A stretch of DNA of 64,000 nt from the NCBI RefSeq assembly GCF_964355755.1, contig NC_092675.1, positions 1,979,812 to 2,043,811 of the forward strand. Direction: 5' to 3'. Below the pieces are notes generated by a model, which was not told the origin of the DNA, did not search any database, and was given only the letters and a program-made list of their open reading frames with translations. Position 1 is the first letter of the stretch. Every line of letters begins with the position of its first letter. This DNA is from Antedon mediterranea (Eukaryota; Animalia; Echinodermata). Both the position numbers and the translations under genes were made by a program. Shown here one piece after another: positions 35,348-49,665 of this stretch.

Positions 35348-37719
35348 TTAGCTAAGTACTATGATGTTTAACAAAACAAATTTAGAATGTGTCTTATTAG
35401 TGCGGTACTTATTATATCGTTTTTTAATTAACTATCAATGAATGAATTTCCTTTTCGAAGACTTTAAGTGAGAATTTGATTTAGGAGTTTTGTTTTAATA
35501 TTAGTAAAAAGATAATATTTTGGCACATATGGCGTTTCATACGTATACTACTTAGAGTTTGGAATTTCAGACAAAAATCGAAATAAACAAGAAATATTTC
35601 TTACAAAAAACGCTGCTCGCTTATCGAAAAATATTTTTTATTTCAAATGTTTTTGAATGTTTCATTTTATTGTCACATAATAGTTATTTTACATGAAAAA
35701 ATGTAATTTAAAGCAAAAAATACTTAAATTGTCTGTCAGACAATGGGTTTTGGGTTTCTTTTCTTTTTTTATATGTGAATAAATATTACTTTTTTGTTAC
35801 AGAAGTGAATACTCAATTTCTGTCACTTTAGTTAATTTTATTACTAAGGTCAAATCTGGGGGTCACTTCATCACCCTAGATATTTAAATTGTGAAGTATC
35901 CTATTACAAACATAAACTTTAATGGACTGTTTCGATAATAATTCAATGAATATCTGACAGTGAATATACCAGAAATGCTTAGGGATTTGTAATTTTAGCA
36001 TGACATGTCCTAATAGACTCTTTCCCAGACGTTTTTTTTGGGTCTACTGTAGCAGCTGGAATCAATAAATCATAGTGGAGTTTCCATTTTCACAAAACTG
36101 TCTGTCCTTAGAACTATAACTGCTGCTTGCTTTAGCTTCTGATTGAGTAGCCCTAATGGGACGTAGCGGGCTAGAGCAGCAGCGTGAAAAAAGACTATGA
36201 ATACAGACTTGGGGCAAGTCTAGGTTATGATCAGTAGGCCGTATTGCAGTGTAATGATACATCGTTTGAGCAGTGTCACTTTCAGATTGTAGTTCTTTGG
36301 TACGTTTTTATGTATTTGATGTGCTGAAAATATTCATACACAAAACTGGGTTGAAAGGCAAGAGTATTGGGTTAGATTCAGCATCAATCTATTTTCTAAC
36401 AACATTTGCATATAATAATTCCTAAAAGTTGCGAAACGTAACACTTGTTGGAAGCAAACATCTATACTTAATAGGAAAACATTTCTTAAAAATTATTAGA
36501 CCAAAATGTTTACAATATTGTAAAGTACGAAGAACTTAGATGATATACTGTGCTAACACATTTAGTAAAACTGTGAAGTTGGTTTCAATGAACAAAACGA
36601 CAAAACATTTGCAGGTGTAAAGTTGTTAAGAAACATTTCAACAGTCAATAATCTAATTGTATACTCTTATTCAGTAACGTTATAAGTGTTCTCAATTATC
36701 ACCGGAGCAAATATCAATCAATTGACAGATTACTAGTTGAGAATTTAGCTTGAGATGGTATAGTTGCCAAACCTGAGATTGAAAAAGGGAAAGAAAAAAA
36801 AAAAAAACATACCCGTCAAAACACTGAATAATGATATTATTCGCAAGTAAGATTAGGCAACCTTTGCTTTCACAATATAATTAAATTATTTAAATAAATT
36901 TCTATTTAGAACTAAAAATAAGCACAATGTTATAAGAACATAAATAAAAGTGAAAGTGAATTGTGACGCGTTAGTCTACTCAGGGAGTTGGTCTACTGTA
37001 CATGAGCACAATGTGTCGACGACACATAACAACTTTCTTCACTGGTAGGCCTAAGGGTCCCTTCGTGTCGTACAGCTGCAACCAACCGGCGCTCACGACA
37101 CAGAGCCGAGATGAACCACACCAGAATAACTTCCTACTCTTCCGAAAGATGCACTTTTTTTCTAAATGTAAATATTTAAATGGCGGAATATCTTCACCTG
37201 CAGTCTACTAGGCTGAATTGCGCACATGTGTGGACGACGCATACTACAACTTTCTACTCCCCTAAGGGTCACTTTGGTGTCGAGTGATGGCCCCAAACAA
37301 TGTGTACACCGAGCTGAGCCTCCAGTTCTAAATCCGAGAAGACTTGATCGAGGAGAGCATTGAACCCTTGCCGATTGCAACGTCCCTGTCTCACCTATAA
37401 TTTCTCCCCAAGCAAAGCAATCAGCTTTTGATACCAGATTCAGTAGCTGGAAAATGACCTTTCTTCGGAATTACATAATGTCAGTGTTTTAACTCTGAAT
37501 CCTGACATCAAGAAACATTGATAAAACAATAATTTGACTCTGTGGTGAAAAAAGAATTTATTGTAAGGATGATACCGGCAATAGGCTAAATCTGAACAAT
37601 TAATATGCAGGGCCATTTCCCCACCCGTTCATTTTCTTTTCTTTTGATGTGTTACCACAATATACATATTTGATCTACCAACAGGATAGATAAATATTAT
37701 GTATGTGATGTATGCGTCA

Positions 37720-37928
37720 GATCAAGGCAATCAAGTAACAAGAAACTGAGCTCGCCCTGCCAAGATAGGAACTCGTAACAGTCCTTTGATCTTATGTCTG
37801 GCTGCGACAAATACCAACAATACTGTACTATGTACATGTTCTTGGGCGTGAAATTGATCGTGTCGCAGCCACAGATAAACCATTTGATCGCCGGAGCTCA
37901 CATTCCCTTTGTTGAATTTCCTTGATCA
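37720..37928. repeat. Imperfect palindrome, probable old MITE
   Basis: atcaagg..gagctc..tggctgcgaca / tgtcgcagcca..gagctc..ccttgat. Confidence 0.5.
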
Positions 37929-38144
37929 AAACAAGTAGTTAAATTGAATTTTATATTAAACCGGTTTACCTTAATGTTGAATTAATGTACACATATGTAA
38001 TCAGTGCTAAACACCTTGTATAACTACGTTTGATCAAATATACAAATAATTCATATATAATTAAGATGAATAACATAATTGAAGTTTAATCTGTCGACAA
38101 CGTTTGCAGGTGTTTGTTATTTGTAAACTTTCAAAATCAATATA

Positions 38145-39995
38145 TTGTTCAAGTTCAAGTTCAAGTTAAAATTTATTGTCAAATACACAGTAAATGAAAT
38201 TTTCCTTCCAAGGTTCAAATTACAATAAAAATAACAACAGTTAAAAACATACAATACTATACAATGGATAAGATAATATATATGAAAATATGCTATGTAT
38301 AAAACATTATGAACAGTAAAAATATTAAAATACTATATAAAGAATAAAATATAAAACGTCTCAAGTTATCTTTTAAATTGCTTGTTGTATTGCCTGATTG
38401 CACACGGAAGAAATGATTTATTATGACGCTCAGTCTTCTTAATTGAAGGAATCATCCTTCCGGATCTACTGAATTTTATAAAGTTAAAAAGAGGATGAGA
38501 CTGGTCGTTAATTATACATTTTAGTTTTTTCTCCATAACCTTATCGCATATATCATGGATAGATGGGACGTTTGCACCTATTACCTTCTTAGCCATTTTT
38601 ATTATTCTCTGTAATTTATTTGAGTTATACTTAGATAAACTATTTAGCCATACAATACAGCAAAATGTTAATATGGACTGTATCATAGCCTGATGGAATA
38701 GAGACAGCGCATCTCTGCCAATATTAAAGTTTCTTAATTTCCTTAAGAAGTACAATCTTTGGTTTGCCTTCGCATAGACTTTGGCAGTGTTGGCGTTCCA
38801 TGACAGTTTTTCATCTATCCATACTCCTAAATATTTATGTTCACTAGTTGTGCGGACATCATTATCTTTGATATTTAAAGGTATAAGTTGCCTCTTAATT
38901 TTACGAAAGTCAAACACAATTTCCTTTGTTTTATTTACATTAATACTTAGACAGTTCATATCACACCAGTTAATTATATTATTAACTTCAGTTCTATACG
39001 TGCTCTCATCATTGTTTACAATTAAGCCTGTGATACAGGTGTCATCAGCAAATTTAACTATTTGACATGATTCACTTCTAAGGTCACTTGTATATAATGT
39101 GAACAACAATGGAGATAACACGCATCCCTGTGGGGCACCGGTGTTTGAAACAATGATATCAGACAAAACATTATCAATTCTAACACGCTGGGTTCTGTTT
39201 TTCAAGAAATCTCTGATCCATAGACAAACAAAAGGATTAACATTCATACTAACTAATTTATCAAGAAGTATGTTTGGTTTCATTGAATTGAAAGCCGAAG
39301 AAAAATCTAAAAATAACGTCCTTACATATTGCCTAGGTTTATCCAAAGTTTCATAGATTGGATGCAAGAGGGTAGTTATTGCATCGTCGACACCTCTATT
39401 ACTACAGTATGCAAACTGATTATTATCAACAAAAGGCAACGTTTCCTTAATCAATACATCTTTAAATAGCCTCTCAAAGCACTTTGTAATAATTTGGGTT
39501 AGCGCAACAGGACGATAATCATTTAATATTTTCGGCTTAGGTACTTTATTTATTGGGGCTATTATTGAATACTTCCACATGCATGGGACACAAGAAGAGC
39601 TTAACGACCAGTTAAATAATCTACAAAAGATAGGCGCAAGTTGTTTATAGCATGACTTTAAAATATTTCCAGTTAGTTTATCTGACCCAGCTGCTTTATT
39701 TGGCTTAACACCCTTAAATACTTTCTCAACTGAAAGCAGATCAAATTCAGGTACATCAGATTTGGTTGTATTTAACTCTAGGTTCAGTTTAACATCATTA
39801 TCATTAGTATTATTAATTTGGTCATCATTATCAAATCTGTTAAAAAATATATTTAGTTTATTTGCAAAGTCCAATGGTCGGGATCCGGATGGAAATATTG
39901 TTGTGTTCTGCCTTTTCGCGTTTCCAATAACTTTCTTTAATCCATTCCATGCTTGCTTGGGGTTACCGCTATCAAAATCATTCTTTATTTTCTCT
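38145..39995 (-). mobile_element. 5'-truncated Rex-Babar/L2-group LINE with open RT domain
   Basis: ORF 38366-40036: LNDYRPVALT..KCFERL, FLDFSSAFN, GAPQGCVLSPLLF, FADD, KANQRLYFLRKL; no endonuclease domain; 3' AATAAA then (CTTGAA)n tail at 38145-38178. Confidence 0.9.
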
Positions 39996-42946
39996 CCAAA
40001 TAAATATACAATGAAATTATGTAGGTGATAGGTCACGCTGCATATACAATAATATAAATAACTATTGTATAATCTGTGTTACCTTATTATATTTAGCTAC
40101 ATTCCATTATACTTAGTTACAAATAAACCGCCATTTGATATTTGATGGTGTTCATTGTGTACAATTAAATACGCGATACAAATGTATTGCTTGTTCTACA
40201 GTAGTAAACAGTTTTCGATTCCCGCTATAACAAAATGTTGTTTTCACAAAATAGCCTACTATGAAAAGTGCCACCAACGAGCATAACGGTTGTAACAAGC
40301 ATGAAATGATACACGACATTACATTCATCACCGAGAATGGTGGTCAATGTTTCACATCGATTTAGACCCTGTGTAAAACCTGGACTGAGGGTCGAAAGAA
40401 AACGTCAAACTCAATGTCATTTTGTTCGTGTGAATGAGCGTATGCATGACAGTTTTACGCTGCAACCCTGACCTTTGTCCTCTTGCGCACTAATGTGAAT
40501 AGGTATTATTAAGAATGATCAAACATTAATTACGATCACTTCTCTATTTTTAATATAAAAAAAAGATGGTCGAAACTATTATACTCTAGAGAGCGGATGA
40601 AGGTCATAAGTGTCTAGTAGAAGATGATTGTTATACTCCAGAATGCACTATACTTAGTGTCATAATTTCAATTAAACTATAGGCCTAAGTATTGATTATG
40701 GTAAAACCTATATATCCGAGGTCACATCTCCTTACTAAATTGAAAGTGCTGTTACTTAGTATGTGACTATTAGCATTAGAAGCAGAGGAATCTTTATAAA
40801 ATAATTTAAATAATAAGAGAGAATGAAAAAAAAAAAGAACTAAAAAGTCATTTTACCCTGCTACTCAATATATATCCTAATATGAGCGTTTGTTTATGAT
40901 ACACACTGCATTTGTAGATTTAAAAAGTCGATGTACATCATCTTCTTTGTCTTTCGTAGAAATCTTTTTGGGATTTTATAAACATTAAAACATTTCAAAT
41001 GTCTGATTTTCTATACATGTTGTACAGATACCAATAACACTCACGAATTCGAGGTTTATAATGTAGGACGATCAGATCACAAAGAACAGACAGAACATAA
41101 ACCCAGTCAGGTGAATAGTGTGACCTTTAACCCTAATTTTGTTTTAAATTTTATTATAGACCAAGTTTTATTGTAATTAGCCTAATCGTTAACATATTTT
41201 ACTTAAATGATTAATATAACAAACATGTATTATCTAAAAATCTTAAGAAACAAGAACATCGGCCCCCGCCCGGGTGTGGACCCACCTCAGATGTCATTAC
41301 AACTTAACAACATAGTTTAAGATCCAATTTACACATTACCGGTACCTCAAATAAAGGATAATCATAATTATGCTATTATTCTTAAAGGAAATGTGTAATA
41401 TAATATAAGAATATTTTTTGGAACTTTAGCATCACTTAAAGACATAAAATATATTATCAAAATACACACGGTTGAATTCACAAGTCAATTACAAAATGTT
41501 CATAACCAAGACGAACATAAAACATGACATTTGATTTTGCCTAATGTTAAAGTTACACTATCATACACTATAACAAATGTAAAACACGTACACCTGCGTG
41601 TATCCTTGCCATTTGATTGGTTAATTTCGTTACACGCTGTATCGCACATTCAGGGTTTTTGTAAACTACGCGCGAGAGAATTGTCCCCCGAAAACATGAA
41701 CAATGAAGATTAATAAAATCAGACGTCGAATTGGCCGATTGTTCTTTTTTTCCCGAAAACGCACTGTTTAGAAACATAAATTGAATAGCTTTAATGCGAC
41801 TTAAGAAATCATGAAATACAAATTAGGATTTTGAAAATGCTGAGATTAGTAAAAGTGAACATCCTCTCACGGTGTTAGCCTACTTTAGCCGACTAGGTCG
41901 CGGTTGAATTATCTTTTATGGGCGCTAAATGTATAAGATGTCGTAGATTTGAGTGTTTAAAAAGGACGCCATGTATATTACTACGAATTCTAAAAATGCA
42001 TAAACTGCATACAAAATAAATATTAAGAATATATACGGTATAGCCTCCATTTGAGCTATCAAGTTTGTCTGTTACGACATACGTGTCGTGGAAATAACTA
42101 CCGAACGTGACATTATAATAGGTTTCTTCGTTAAAAACAAATATGAACAAATTAGCTATTTGTAAGCTGTTTACATTGCTGAAATCAACAATTAAATAAG
42201 GCAAACAAAGTTTAATCGTTAATGCTATATATATATAATAAGATTTAACCAGGTCTTAATTCACTTTCACATCGAAGAGAAACGATTATTGTATGTACCC
42301 ATTTTCATTAAAAAAAAAGTGTTAATGGTACAATTCTAAATTTGACCACAAATAAGAAATACAGGGATGACATGAATGGCTTGTGTACAATAAACAACAG
42401 CAAATGTCACAGTCGACAAAATGATACTAGTTCGTTAATTAGTACATTAATTAATGGCAATTAAATGTCACACGTTCTTACATTTTCCAATAATATGATA
42501 TCATTTTGTGTGTAGTGGGAGGTGCTAGAACGTTCGTGGTGATGACGTTACGCTGCAGTGAGTGATTGAGGTCGCATTTCCACTGATGAACCGATATAAG
42601 ACTTTTCACCACTCAGTGCCTTAGTATTGTCGTGATCGAATTCAACCAATGTTGTTGCATACGAAACAAGACGAGGGACTAGTGTAGCAGCTATATTCTA
42701 TAAACAGCTTCATTCAAATAGAATGATTTAATTTATAAGGAATGCTTACAAGCTAAAATCTGTATTAAACATTGGGTTAGCGTCTATGTGTCTGAAACGT
42801 AATATAATTATCATCCAAATTATATTAGTATAACAATGTACGTGGTAAGTTAGTGTACGGAATTGAATGCTTCGGACGCGACGAAATCGCCTGTACTTTT
42901 ACACGTGAATTGTCAGTAAATACGCGCAGATAATTTAGCTGTGAAA

Positions 42947-44035
42947 ATGTTTAACAATACAGAATACGAGGACAATCAGACGACGATGGCTTCACCACCA
43001 CATACAAAGTATCATCAACCGTCTCGTATGATCGCCGAAGGAGTGATTTTTCTACTGGCATTCACTGGCAATACCGCTCTTTTAGCCTGGATGATTGTGA
43101 ACATTAAAAAGCGAATTCGCTTTCATAGTTATATTATATCGTTAGCAGTCGCTGATCTTTCTGTAGCGTTGTTTGCCGTACTAGGCGAGTTGATTCGAGA
43201 GACGCAGGACCGGCGTTGGTCGGCGTCTGACGGAGCTTGTCGTGTTTTTATGCTTGTACAGGTTATAACATTAATGGCTTCTAATTATATGATTGCTGCC
43301 ATTGCGATCGATCGACATCATTCCCTATTCAGTCCACTAAAGAAGCCACTTGACTCAGCTAAATTGATTTGCATTGCGTGGACATTAGCCTGCATATTTG
43401 CAACACCTCAACTTTTTGTTTTTGAAAAACGTGAACACAATGGAGAGCCAATGTGTCTTACAAGATTTGACAATCAAAACGATTCAGAAAAAACTATATA
43501 TATAGTTTACGCATCTGTGTTTGCCTTTTTCATTCCGTTCTTTTTTATAACATTTGCATATGTGCGCATTGTGGCCAAGTTATGGAATACACGCCATAGT
43601 TCATTACCTGATTCGCAGTACAAGAAGAAAACACGCGTTCGTACGTTAAAAATGACGTGCGCAATTATAATGGTTTTCATTCTATGTGGGTTTCCATATT
43701 TCGCTACCGAACTTTACGTGGCCGTAAACCCTCCACAACCACTAAACTCATCTGGGAAAACTCCATGGCAACTTAAAATCTACAGTGTATTTTCTATTTT
43801 GGCTGTTAGCAACAGTGCCGTTAACCCGTACATATTTTTTCTATTTTACGCATTTCGCCAAGCGCGTCAGAATTGTGTGAGTGCATTGGCGTCATCCAGA
43901 ACTCGTGTGCGCAGTTACAGAGCCGCATCGCAGACAGACAACACTAAGCGAACAGTAGTAGAGCTTGAGGAAACGAACCGTGTTGTGGGACACTACGGTG
44001 AACGTCTCGAAGAAGACACTGGAAGCAAAGTCTAG
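42947..44035 (+). CDS. Intronless rhodopsin-class GPCR, vasopressin/oxytocin/GnRH receptor superfamily, GPR150-like
   Basis: 7 hydrophobic segments; GN (TM1), LAVAD (TM2), DRH (TM3), PQLFVF (TM4), RTLKMT and CGFPYF (TM6), NSAVNPYIF (TM7); N-terminal NxT sequons; first ATG at 42947, alternative ATG at 42986. Confidence 0.93.
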   Translation: MFNNTEYEDNQTTMASPPHTKYHQPSRMIAEGVIFLLAFTGNTALLAWMIVNIKKRIRFHSYIISLAVADLSVALFAVLGELIRETQDRRWSASDGACRVFMLVQVITLMASNYMIAAIAIDRHHSLFSPLKKPLDSAKLICIAWTLACIFATPQLFVFEKREHNGEPMCLTRFDNQNDSEKTIYIVYASVFAFFIPFFFITFAYVRIVAKLWNTRHSSLPDSQYKKKTRVRTLKMTCAIIMVFILCGFPYFATELYVAVNPPQPLNSSGKTPWQLKIYSVFSILAVSNSAVNPYIFFLFYAFRQARQNCVSALASSRTRVRSYRAASQTDNTKRTVVELEETNRVVGHYGERLEEDTGSKV

Positions 44036-47000
44036 TGAAGAACGCACAATATTTTCAATCAAGGTTAGCAATTTAATCAAAACTGTTATTAAACACCTCT
44101 ATTAATTAGTATCTAGCAAAATGGAATATAAAATGTAACGCAAGGATGACGATAGTGAGTTCTTGAATTGATTAAGACAACTGATTCTATCTTAAGCCAG
44201 CCTTACATTATGATATTAATATATGTATGGATCGGTTCATTCCTAATCCATACTCTATTTCAAGGCGTTTAATGTGTGCCATTGTTCTAAATAACACAAT
44301 AAGATTGCCTTATACATAACGCATGATGACGTATCGTTAAAATTAATGCTGATTAGCCTAAAAGTATATTCGCGTATTTTAGCTGCTATGGTATTAAACA
44401 ATTCCGTTTAAATAGTTCACATAATGCTCTAGTACATTCGTATTCAAATGTTCAAATGTGAGTTCAAAATCCTTGATATAACTAAACTACCTAAGTGTTA
44501 CACATTACCACCCGAGTACATTCTTTAATATATTGTTAAATATTGTAAATTAATTAAGAAAATGTTGTTTGCTCTGCCACACCATGGAAGAAGATTGTCT
44601 TTCCTATATTTGTCATAATATATATTATATAAATACAACTGTGCTTCAACGAGGTCTATTAAAACTATAAACAAACAATATTGATTTGATAGTTTTATCA
44701 CAATAAGTTTGATTTATAGTTGGTTTACTTACATAGTATCTTAAAATAAGTACAATGTTGATAGTCTCGTTAAAAAAACAAAGATTTGTAATGTTCAGCG
44801 TAATTTACCACAAGTTGTCATAAAACTCAAGAAACCATTACTTTGACTTGACTGATCATATCCTGCTAGAGTAACAACACAAGTTCATGCATTTTGGATA
44901 AAAATACGTTTCCAATACAAATACAATTTTAATGCGTTTTAAAATGTAGGTCTATAATTCCCTCATCCATTTATTGATAAACTATCGGTTTAGCTATTCT
45001 AATCATGTGACTACCGACACATTTTTTTATTATTTCATTTCATTTTATTCGAAATTTATATCTTGAAGGATAAATACACGCACAATGTAAAGCTCTATTT
45101 ATTTTCGTTTTTGTCCTTAAAGTAGCTGTTAGCTCTCATTATTTTAGATATTATTTTTAATTTGTTTTAAATTCGTCAGTTGACACGAATTTGATACTGA
45201 ATTTATCAATGAATTTCAGATGATTGATGTTGAAGTATAATGTGATTGTAAAAATAATGTGCTTTGTGAATGGTTATCGGTAATAGGCCTAAATATATGA
45301 CATTGAGAATGTAGTATTCTTATGTATTTTTAATATATAGATTCAGATTCAGATTCAGATTCAGATAATATAGAGTGTGGCGTGTGATTTTTGACATTCA
45401 AGCAGTTTAATAATTCCTATTATGCATGTTCTAATAGTAAACGCGTTGAATTAATGTCCCTGTAAGGGTTCTTCCACAACTCTAATCCTATTTTACAGAT
45501 AGTATAAAAACACTTATACACTTTTCTAATTTCTTTTGTTTTCTGTTGGAAAATGTACATTTGTCGTCGATCGTTATCAATTCAATTCGGTTTTCAACTG
45601 AAGTGAAATAAAATTATAATGGCTATACTGATACAAATTATCGTCCGTAGTACAAACAGTTATAAATCTATTTTTGACCCAAATAACCAAATATTGCTAT
45701 TTTAAAGCTATTATTTATTATGTTTTGATCGAGTTGTCAAAATCGTTTCTCATTGAAAATACGCGGATTAGGTTTGCATCCGAGTTGCGCAAAGAAGCTA
45801 GATACATTATCATTGCCTGGACCATTTTTGAAAAATAGTTAATAGATTCTTGACATAAACTGACACAGTAATCTATGGTCATCACTATTATTATTTCTCC
45901 TACAACGTCAATATAATCCTCACGATTACCATAGTAATTCAACATCATTAATGTCTCCTCATGGTAATGAGCTTCAAAATCATCACCATCTTTTCTTTCA
46001 TTTTCATCGTTGTCGTCATTATGTATTTCATGAGCTTATTATTAGCTATTGTTATTTGAACATCACTGTATTTAATTTCCAGCGTTACATAGGACCCAGA
46101 TGTATCAGTACCCTCCTCTTGACAAACTGGGACTGACGAGACTACCCTCTCTTTCCCCTTATAAAATATCATGGCTTCACCCTTGTTACATATTGGTCAT
46201 CCTCTCCCCTCTCCTCCCCAGCCCCACCCCGAGTCACCCAACACATTATTACGATCGACTTGTAAATAATATGCTAAATTGATCATAGGAATTGCCCGTA
46301 CTTATACTAATGTAACAAATTAAATTAAAATATGTAAAATGAAATACGAATTAACACTCCTCTCGTAATAGGTTGATAACACTTGGAGTGACATGGTTCT
46401 GGAACTATAAATTAATATCAAATACAAGATTTTAAATCTTTCGGGACTTTTAACAGTATTAGTTTTACAAAGGAGGAAAAATGAAACACAAGTAGCGAAC
46501 GGAAAATTTCAATTACTAACGTTTCTATGGAAACTGGTCATAACTTAGACGCAGGATTAACCTAAAAGTGTTGTTTTACATGTTGTCCGCTAAGCACAAA
46601 TAAAATGCTCTGCGCTATTAGCAATGCATTGTAACATTTAAATCGTATATTCCGCTCCTAACAATGTTAAGTTAGTATAAGCCTATTCACAGTTAATATT
46701 CAGTACTGGTATAACCACAATAAAAAAAGAATAGTACATGATTCACGAGGCATGAATTTCCGGTCAATTATATTTACAATATTTCCAGACAATAAAACAT
46801 ATTTAAAACAGAATTTAAACATCGGTACTTTTTCCACAAGGCCTTATTTTAGTAAAGTCACTTCGCGTTTAAAAGAAATAACAATAAATTCACATAATGA
46901 AGTTCAGGTTTAGTTATTTACTTACCCGGGTAGCCTATGTTGCCCTAATGGACCAATTATCGATAACTTTTGTGGGGAGAGCACCAACCTACTCGGGTAA

Positions 47001-47036
47001 ATAATGAATGTGAATAAATGAATACAAATACAGTTA

Positions 47037-47215
47037 AGCGTGGTTCCCACTAGCGACGCAACAGAAGGACGTAACGCAACGCAAGTGGATTGACCAATCA
47101 CAAGCGATGGCTTATTCGCTTGTGATTGCTAACTGTCTATAACTTCACTTGTCATTGGTTAAAACGCTTGCGTTGCGTTTACGTCCTTGCGTTACGTTCT
47201 AGTGGGAACCAAGCT
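47037..47215. mobile_element. Palindromic Harbinger-type MITE
   Basis: TIR agcgtggttcccactag / ctagtgggaaccaagct; TTA TSD; internal arms complementary. Confidence 0.85.
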
Positions 47216-48839
47216 TTAGACAACTGCCAAAGACAGAAGTTATATAAAGAAAACTCATAAAGGAAGAGAACAAATACGGTAAGTTTTGAACAACATTGAA
47301 ATACATATCCTTTCTTAAAGAGATAAGCATATACATGAACATATTATATCACACACTTTTAGAAACAAACATACACACTACACGTTTACATATAAACTGA
47401 AGCCAAACGGCATCAAACATTATTCAATAATACATCTGGATTAAATAATATTTCTATACCTTTTATATGTTAAACTATTACCTTTGTCATTTATGTTTGT
47501 CTGTTAATGAAATCCAGTAGAGGTCTAAAGTAAAGATGAATACAATCATAGATAACAGAAATCAAGATGATAGAATAATATCAATCTACGGTATCATGTC
47601 TTGCGACAATAAACAGCCTGCAGTTTCGTTACTGCTGTCGACAATCTTCGTCACACATGGATTATAATAATTTATTTAGGTGTTAATGATGGGCCAGTTG
47701 TTGTAGTAGACCAGATACTGTAGGCCATTTAATTGTCGCTAGACACAATACCGTACGATAGTCGGCAGATAGAATCTTAGTGGTAATGTTTCACTAACTG
47801 CTATGAATATAAATTGACATTAATATAACGTAACTTTAATTGAATATACGATGCTGTTCATATACGTGTTTCTGAACTTTTCTCAATGCTGTTAATTAGG
47901 TAGGGAGCGTAATGACAGTATACGCTTATATAGGCCACGGGCATACTGTTTATTGGGGAAAATAATTGTGTAGTCTTTGAAATAAGATGATATTTAATTT
48001 CTTAATTGATTGTTATCCATGAAAAGGAAAACTAATTTGAGATAATTCGATCTAATTCGATAGAGACAACTCGTGTAATCTCTGTAAATTGAAAACTTTA
48101 AAAAATAAAATGTTATGAATTGTAGTATATTCCCCAATGAATTCAACCAGCGCCATTATAATACGAAAACATTTTCATTCTACATGATAGACACATTAAG
48201 AACGATTTAAAAAATAAACCAACGGAGTTTGAAGTCACTGAATAAGATAGGTCATCTCTTATTACCTAATCTCTCTTAGTGTCCAATTAAATCAAATACA
48301 CTACGATATAATAACAATTAAACTGTCTTTTAAGCTAGTTCAAAAGTTCAGTATTTTTTTTATGTCTCAGAATTTTAAAATTCCAATGTCCAAGAGAGGT
48401 ATAATTGCAGTTTCTTACAATGTTCGTATGGTTAATTAATGTTATCGAGCTGTTTATATATAAAAAAAAACACTTATGTACAACTAAGGAAGCATGCATC
48501 CTCCACTGACAAATATTTATCTGTATTTCTGTATCAAATTCATGTGACAAGATATTTTAAACAACTAACCAGGATAAAACTAATATACAATATTACACCT
48601 TTAATTACAGAGGTTTAACAACAATGTTACTCCATTTCAAGCACATAGACCTAATATTACACTAAGGCAATAATAGCATTAGCTACCGGTCATTAAAATA
48701 TTGAGCAATCAAAATGTCTCCGTTCTTGAAAGATGGATGAGAATCAAAATGGCATATATAATACCAGATACAGAAAAAATCACAGTAGAAAATCACAAGA
48801 TAGAAAAAGTTGACAGCTAGAAAAATCTTGGACAAAAAT

Positions 48840-49665
48840 TCTTGACAACACGAAGGAAGAAATACTTCAAGAAATACAGGATCAAAGGAGGATAGAGGTG
48901 TTTTAGAATGCAAAAAGAAATACTAACTGACAAAGAAATACCAATGTCACTTGGAAAAAATGTCAAGCAGTGCTTATTAACAATCATGACATATGGATCA
49001 GAGTTATGATAAACAACCAAAGAGATGGAAAACAACTAAGAGAGCTATGGAAAAAAAGAAAAATGCTTAATTTATCACCAAATACGAAAAACGAACATCA
49101 AAAATATTATAGAAAAGATCAAAGAACCGAAATAAAGAAGGGCGGGATGGTTAACAATAACTCAAGACAATAGACGGACCAAGAGGCTTATAAAATGGCA
49201 ACCAATACAATGGTAAAAGTTCGTCCGAAGCGCGTAACAATTTCGAAATGCATTGTGGGATAGAATAGAGCTAATGGGTGGGTGGCGCCACTGTGAGCCA
49301 TTGAGTAGCGCGCCCGCATCAAATTAGAAAGTCAAAATCATAGAGGGGATCTGCTAATACTATAGGGGGGGGGGGGGGGATAGAGTAATTGACTGAACCC
49401 TCTATAGGAATTAATAGTTTTGACTTCCTAGTTTGGAGGGGGCGCTGCTCCATGCTGTGAAATGGCGTCGCCCAGTTTGACCTTTTAACCCTGTACTTCC
49501 GATACCATGTTTTGAATGCAAATTGAAGAACAGGAGATTCTTGTGTTATAAGTTCTTTGATAAAATCACCAGATACACTAACACAGCAGCTTGGACGAGA
49601 TGCCATAGGACAGAAGAAGATGGAAATTGCGTGAGAAGAATTTCACCCAACAATGAATGATGGTT
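48840..49665 (+). mobile_element. Degraded RTE LINE 3' fragment split by an unrelated insert (~49220-49580)
   Basis: KQCLLTIMTYGSE at ~48965, RAMEK..ML, DNRRTKRL..WQP, then a W.R...DRRRW..QQ-like segment after 49585; frameshifted. Confidence 0.55.

Noticed and set aside
36300-37500. Possible decayed hAT transposase on the minus strand
   Set aside because: Only vague motif echoes among many stops; cannot be supported without a homology search.
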